NCBI GenBank assembly: GCA_963836075.1
Contig: CAWIIB010000009.1
Location: 2,656,001 to 2,720,000, forward strand
Direction of reading: 5' to 3'
From: an uncultured Acidobacteriota bacterium
Lineage (GTDB): Bacteria; Acidobacteriota; JAQAZP01
DNA length: 64,000 nucleotides
Shown here: positions 60,654 through 64,000 of the stretch, piece by piece
Layout: every line of letters starts with the position of its first letter
Position numbering within the stretch: position 1 is the stretch's first letter
Translations under genes and position numbers: made by a program
Notes under the pieces: generated by a model
Database searches by the model: none
The model's input: only the letters and a program-made list of their open reading frames with translations
What the model was told of the DNA's origin: nothing

Positions 60654-61478
60654 ATGAAAGACACAACCAAGCAGGAACAAAGTGTCGAGGACCGGTCCGG
60701 CATTGTCGGCTCAATCCGGACCGACAAACTGAAACCGCTGGCCAGTCCTCTTGAGCGGCGCGGGAGCGGTCCGCTCACCGCCGCCGAGCAGCTGCGACAG
60801 CGTGAACGCCTGACCGCCATCGGCGAGATGGCCACCACGCTGGTCCACGAGATCAAGGCCCCGCTCAATGCCATTGGCGGGTTTGCCCGGTCGATGCTGA
60901 AGAACAACACCGGTCCGGTCTCCAACAAGGAACCGCTGGGCATCATCGTCAACGAGGTGTCCCGGCTGGAGCAGTTGCTCGACAACGTCATCGGCTTCGC
61001 CAACCCCGAGCGGATGCAGCTGGTGTCCTGCTCGATCAACCGCCTGGTGGCCGAGACCGCGGCGATCCTGGGGCCGATGTGCCGGGAGTCGAAGATCGAG
61101 GTGCGGATGGCTCTGGCCGAGGATCTGCCCGATCTGCTGCTGGACCGCAACCAGGTCCACCAGGTGCTGGAGAACCTCTGCGCCAACGCCAAGCAGGCCA
61201 TGCCCCGCGGCGGCGAGATTTCCGTGACCACCCGCCTGGTGGGCCGGGAAGTGGAGGTGCGGGTGGTGGACACGGGCCACGGCATCCCGCAGCTGCTGCA
61301 CCGGCGGGTCTTCGAGCCCTTCTATTCCACCCGCAGCATGGGAACCGGCCTGGGACTGGCGGTGACGGCGCGGGTGATGGCCGGCCATGGCGGATCGGCC
61401 TTCCTCGACGGCACGGTGACCGACGGCGCGGCCTTCTGCCTCCGTTTTCCTGTTCCGCAGACCACCCGTGGTGCATAG
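60654..61478 (+). CDS. Histidine kinase (HisKA + HATPase, no obvious sensor domain)
   Basis: IGEMATTLVHEIKAPL, QVLENLCANA, DTGHGI, FEPFYSTR..GTGLGL. Confidence 0.88.
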   Translation: MKDTTKQEQSVEDRSGIVGSIRTDKLKPLASPLERRGSGPLTAAEQLRQRERLTAIGEMATTLVHEIKAPLNAIGGFARSMLKNNTGPVSNKEPLGIIVNEVSRLEQLLDNVIGFANPERMQLVSCSINRLVAETAAILGPMCRESKIEVRMALAEDLPDLLLDRNQVHQVLENLCANAKQAMPRGGEISVTTRLVGREVEVRVVDTGHGIPQLLHRRVFEPFYSTRSMGTGLGLAVTARVMAGHGGSAFLDGTVTDGAAFCLRFPVPQTTRGA

Positions 61479-61528
61479 AAAAACCCTTCTCCCGATCCGA
61501 CCGTTGCGGACCGCGAGAGGGGTTTTTC
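61478..61528. terminator. Bidirectional hairpin terminator
   Basis: GAAAAACCCTTCTC...GAGAGGGGTTTTTC between convergent genes. Confidence 0.65.
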
Positions 61529-61549
61529 AATTCCGTTGCCGGGCCGGGA

Positions 61550-62272
61550 TCAGTAGCGGCCCACGTCCTCGGGGATGCGGGTGGTGATCATGTCGCTGCC
61601 GGGCTGCCAGCCGGCCGGGGCGGCGTGGCCCGGGTTGGCGGCCACCGCCTGCATCGCCTTGACCTGCCGGATCAGCTCCTGCACATTGCGGCCCACCGGA
61701 CCGGCCAGGACTTCAACGCCCTTGATCGTCCCCTGGGGGTCGATGATGAACCGGCCGCGCTGGTTGAGACCCATGTTCGCCATGTAGACGCCATAGGCCC
61801 GGGACACCGCGCCGTTGGGGTCCGACGCCATGGCGTACGCTACGTTCTTCACCGTGGGGGAGGTTTTCTTGAACATCAGGTGGGAAAAAATGGTGTCGGT
61901 GCTCACTGCGATGACTTCAACACCCAGACCCTGCAACTCGTCGTAGACGTCTGCGACCGCAGACAGTTCGGTGGGTCAGACAAAGGTGAAGTCGGCGGGG
62001 TAGAAGCAGACCACCCGCCACTTCCCGTCGTAGTCGGAGAGCTTGACCTTCTTCACTTCATCACCCACCACGGCATCCAGCTCGAAGTTGGGAGCCTTCA
62101 TCCCGGGCAGGGGCACACCGCTCACCGGCTGGGCGGCATCCGCCACTGGCGCTGTGGCCTGGGGCGTATCGGCATCCGGGGTGCCGCAGGGCCCGAGTAC
62201 TTCGGCGGCGCAGGTGCCGGGGATCAGGAGCAATACCGCCACAATGGCGGCGGCGGACAGGACAGTTTTCAT
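61550..62272 (-). CDS. Selenocysteine-containing AhpC-type peroxiredoxin with signal peptide
   Basis: In-frame read-through [10 protein letters not shown](TGA 61976-61978)-PTEL; VSTDT.FSH; RGRFIIDP.G; GRNVQELIR. Confidence 0.9.
61949..61964 (-). promoter_or_regulatory. SECIS-like hairpin
   Basis: GUCUGC-GGUC-GCAGAC; loop starts 17 nt after the UGA. Confidence 0.7.
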
Positions 62273-62511
62273 CGAGTATCTCCTCTGGTTTACGGGTCAC
62301 GCGGCAGCGGATCCGGCCGCGACGCTCACTCCACAGTCACGCGTAACCCTATAATTAATGTAGGGATTAGCTCCCATTGGCCGACACCAGTTAGATGATC
62401 ATCAGCACGATTGGTTACATGTTTTTCAGAATAATTCAGGATGGTTGGGACAGGGGGGCAAGAAGGTAAAGTGTGGTGCGGGGCCGGACCGGGTCCGGCC
62501 CCAGGGATGAA

Positions 62512-63882
62512 TTACTGTTTCACCGCCTCGATGGCGCCTTCCACCAGGTCCCGCATCTCCTGCAGGCGTTCTGCGGTCAGAGCTTCGAAACGGAGCACCA
62601 GCACCGGCTGGGTGTTCGATGCCCGGGCCAGGGCCCAGCCGTCGGGGAAGACCACCCGTACCCCGTCCACGTCGATGATCTCGTGGTCCTTGCTCAGGCG
62701 CTCTTTCAGCCGTTCGATGAGCGGGAATTTTTCTTCGTCGGGGCACTCCACACGGATCTCAGGGGTGGAGACGGTCTTGGGCACATCGGCCAGCATGGCG
62801 GTCAGCGGCACATCCGAGGAGGCGGCGATGTCGATCAGCCGGCAGGAGGCATAGACCGCGTCGTCAAAGCCGTAGTAGCCGTCGGAGAAGAACATGTGGC
62901 CGCTCAGCTCGCCGGCCAGTTCGGCGGCGGTCTCCTTCATCTTGGCCTTGATCAGCGAGTGGCCGGTCTTCCACATCACCGCGTTGCCGCCGTGGGCCCG
63001 GATGTCGTCGTAGAGCGTGGTGGAGGCCTTGACCTCGGAGATGATGGTGGCTCCCGGCTTGCGGGAGAGGATCTCCCGGGCGTAGAGGATCAGCAGCTTG
63101 TCGCCCCAGATGATCCCCCCCTTCTCGTCCACCGCGCCGATGCGGTCGGCGTCGCCGTCGTAGGCCAGGCCGAGGTCGGCGCCCTCGTCCACCACCCGCC
63201 GGCGCAGTTCCGCCAGGTTCTTCTCCACCGTGGGGTCGGGGTGGTGGTTGGGAAAGGTGCCGTCCACGTCGCAGTAGAGTTCCACCACGTCGCAGCCCAG
63301 CCGGCGGAACAGCTGGGGGGCCACCAGGCCGCCGGTGCCGTTGCCGCAGTCCACCACCACCTTGAGCGGCCGCTTGAAGTTGAAGAGGCTGCTCAGTTCG
63401 TCGAGATACTCGGGGATGATGTCGTAGCTGTCCACCGCCCCGGTGCCGCTTGCCAGGTCGCCGCCCTCGATGACCCGGCGTACCTCCTGGATCTGGTCCC
63501 CGTGGAGGGTGCTGGTGCCCACGCAGAGTTTCATCCCGTTGAACTCCGGCGGGTTGTGACTGCCGGTGATCATTATCCCGCCTTCCTTCTCCAGCTTGTG
63601 GATCGAGTAGTAGAGCAGGGGAGTGGTGCAGAGACCGATGTCGGTGACCTGGATCCCGGCGGCCAGCAGGCCGCGGGTCAGGGCGGCGGAGATGCGCTCC
63701 GAGCTGAGCCGGCAGTCGCGGCCGAGGCTGATCCGCTTGCGGCCGTCCCGCTGCAGCATGGTGCCGAAGGCCCGGCCGATGGCCTGGACCACGTCGTCGG
63801 TGAGGTCATCAGCGGCGATGCCCCTGATGTCATATTCCCTGAAGATCGATGGGTTGAACTCCACCGCTGCGCTCTCGTTCAT
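62512..63882 (-). CDS. Phosphomannomutase/phosphoglucomutase (AlgC-like)
   Basis: FREYDIRG, ITGSHNP, FPNHHPDP, DGDADR, GELSGH, RASNTQP. Confidence 0.95.
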   Translation of the reverse strand: MNESAAVEFNPSIFREYDIRGIAADDLTDDVVQAIGRAFGTMLQRDGRKRISLGRDCRLSSERISAALTRGLLAAGIQVTDIGLCTTPLLYYSIHKLEKEGGIMITGSHNPPEFNGMKLCVGTSTLHGDQIQEVRRVIEGGDLASGTGAVDSYDIIPEYLDELSSLFNFKRPLKVVVDCGNGTGGLVAPQLFRRLGCDVVELYCDVDGTFPNHHPDPTVEKNLAELRRRVVDEGADLGLAYDGDADRIGAVDEKGGIIWGDKLLILYAREILSRKPGATIISEVKASTTLYDDIRAHGGNAVMWKTGHSLIKAKMKETAAELAGELSGHMFFSDGYYGFDDAVYASCRLIDIAASSDVPLTAMLADVPKTVSTPEIRVECPDEEKFPLIERLKERLSKDHEIIDVDGVRVVFPDGWALARASNTQPVLVLRFEALTAERLQEMRDLVEGAIEAVKQ

Positions 63883-63897
63883 TGTTCCTCGCTCCCT

Positions 63898-64000
63898 TCA
63901 GGCCGTGACCAGGGTGCCCACCGGCTCTCCCTGGGCCGCCTTTAAAATGGCATCATGATCGAAGATGTTGAAAACCACGATCGGGATGTTGTTTTCCATG
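63898..64000 (-). CDS. pyrH: UMP kinase C-terminal end (truncated by the window)
   Basis: My translation ...MENNIPIVVFNIFDHDAILKAAQGEPVGTLVTA* matches the PyrH C-terminus pattern. Confidence 0.75.
   Translation of the reverse strand, partial: MENNIPIVVFNIFDHDAILKAAQGEPVGTLVTA

Overview
GC-rich bacterial chromosomal segment (bacterial markers: uppS-cdsA-dxr-ispG, comEA, gcvT-H-PA-PB, pyrF, epmA, glmS, rpsU, pyrH 3' end, tRNA-Val(CAC)). It mixes housekeeping genes with signalling and secreted-protein genes. About eight small frameshifts or lost stops look like sequencing indels. Main points: (1) a complete gatD + gatE pair, the Glu-tRNA(Gln) amidotransferase usually treated as archaea-specific, arranged tail-to-tail next to rpsU; (2) two ORFs split by an in-frame TGA at a redox-Cys position (an exported Omp28/thioredoxin-like W-U-P-N-C protein and an exported AhpC-type peroxiredoxin), both followed exactly 17 nt later by the same GGUC-capped hairpin, i.e. 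probable selenoproteins with a shared SECIS; (3) a ~120-aa C-terminal domain shared by two otherwise unrelated secreted proteins, and a second shared C-terminal repeat module, possibly lineage-specific sorting or anchoring domains; (4) two copies of a 130-146-bp palindromic element with a conserved core and non-conserved stems; (5) a class I fumarase-like pair and a REC-GGDEF-HD protein with degenerate active-site motifs. All family calls are by motif recognition only; no database search was run.
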